A model generated the notes under the pieces. The model had not been told where the DNA came from. It did not search any database and worked only from the letters and a program-made list of their open reading frames with translations. Shown piece by piece: positions 62,996 through 64,000 of a stretch of 64,000 nt of DNA. The number at the start of each line of letters is the position of its first letter. The first letter of the stretch is position 1. Both the position numbers and the translations under genes were made by a program. Origin of the DNA: an uncultured delta proteobacterium (lineage in GTDB: Bacteria > Desulfobacterota > Desulfomonilia > Desulfomonilales > Desulfomonilaceae); contig CAWBKB010000001.1 in assembly GCA_963789265.1 (NCBI GenBank), positions 544,001 to 608,000 of the forward strand, written 5' to 3'.

Positions 62996-63523
62996 ATGGC
63001 ACTCATTCAGACAACCCCACCGGAAAAGGCTGAAGGACAGCTCGCGGAACTCTATGCAGAAGTGGAACAAATGTTCGGGATGGTTCCCAATAATGTACGG
63101 CTGCTCGGAGTCAGCCCCGCTCTCCTGGAGAATCAACTCCAGCTCATTGGACACTATGTAGGACATCCCACGTTAACCCCTCCATTTCTGCCCCTGGTCC
63201 GCATGTTGGTTTCCAAGGCGTGCCATTCCCCATATTGCCAGAATCTGAACACAGGTCTCCTGCTTAAGGCGGGTTTGACCAAAGAACAGATTGCGGCTAT
63301 ACAGGCAGATCCCACGCAAGCTCCGCTGGACGAAAAACAAATGGCTCTCCTGCTGTTAGTTTTGAAGGCTTGCGACAATCCTCATTCCGTGACTGCTCAG
63401 GATGTGGACCACCTTCGGTCTCTGGGGTGGAGCGATGCGGACATCGTAGACGCTGTGGCCCATGGTGCGAGAATGGTGGGGACCAATATCATTTTCGACA
63501 CCTTCAAGATCGACAAAGACTAA
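62996..63523 (+). CDS. Carboxymuconolactone decarboxylase / AhpD-like protein
   Basis: FGMVPN, VSKACHSPYC, LRSLGWSDADIVDAV. Confidence 0.8.
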   Translation: MALIQTTPPEKAEGQLAELYAEVEQMFGMVPNNVRLLGVSPALLENQLQLIGHYVGHPTLTPPFLPLVRMLVSKACHSPYCQNLNTGLLLKAGLTKEQIAAIQADPTQAPLDEKQMALLLLVLKACDNPHSVTAQDVDHLRSLGWSDADIVDAVAHGARMVGTNIIFDTFKIDKD

Positions 63524-63599
63524 TTGTGGCAGAGGGAACGTGCGGCAGCGCTTCCGCGGAAACTGCTCAATGTGTTTGCTTTACGAAAGGAATGCTTCC

Positions 63600-64000
63600 A
63601 TGACGGATGTTTACAAGAGATTGGCGAAAAAGCTGGATGAGTTGCCCAACGGTTTTCCTCCCACCGACAGTAGTGTGGAACTCAAAATCCTTCAGAAGAT
63701 ATTCACCCCGGAAGACGCGGAAATGGCTCTGAAAATTAGGCCCATCCCGGAAACCGCGGCTCAAATCGGGGAACGCTTGGGCAAACCCGCGGCCGAAATG
63801 GATACCATTCTGGACCACATGGTGAAGAAAGGGCAGATTGGGTCCACCAGAATGAACGATCAACAGGTTTACCTTTTCTTTCCTTTTGTTTTCGGGATTT
63901 GGGAGTTTCAGCAACGCAGATTGGACAAAGAACTGGCCGAGTTGATGGAAGAGGTACGCTGCCCTCACTTATGAGTACCCTCGGACATTACGCGCCGGCT
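63600..64000 (+). CDS. N-terminus of a probable 4Fe-4S binding protein (runs off window end; indels near 63955)
   Basis: MTDVYKRLAKKLDELPNGFP...ELKILQKIFTPEDA...MVKKG...PFVFGIWEFQ, a typical deltaproteobacterial Fe-S protein N-terminus. The Cys motifs lie outside the window. Confidence 0.65.

Overview
A 64-kb chromosomal window, most likely from an anaerobic deltaproteobacterium (Desulfobacterota; Desulfomonile-like is my inference from gene content). In order: (1) 5' part of pstS, divergent from a methyltransferase / phosphatidylserine decarboxylase-like / PHP-GT4 glycosyltransferase operon, with Pho-box-like 11-bp repeats between them. (2) A complete ~15-kb gas vesicle cluster on the minus strand, resembling the Serratia sp. 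ATCC 39006 architecture but with the regulatory block (gvrA-gvpH-gvpZ-gvpF-gvpF-gvrB-gvrC) upstream of the structural block (gvpA-gvpC-Zn finger-gvpN-gvpV-Zn ribbon-gvpF-gvpG-gvpJ-gvpK-gvpJ/S) and a sigma-54 promoter before gvpA. (3) Three PAS histidine kinases, a B12 radical SAM enzyme, ada/alkA and ogt. (4) A 32-42 kb accessory mosaic in which single genes (two defence-like genes and a probable selenoprotein among them) are separated by co-oriented REP/REPIN-like repeats and RAYT remnants. (5) A LuxR regulator, LIV-type ABC transporter and aromatic alcohol/aldehyde dehydrogenase cluster. (6) An IS1182-family element inserted in a palindrome, with a matching MITE at 16.5 kb. (7) Housekeeping genes (HIT, ribF) and a TetR locus with visible operators. 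About a dozen single-base frameshifts, including one in ribF, most likely reflect assembly indels. All family calls come from motif recognition by eye; no searches were run.
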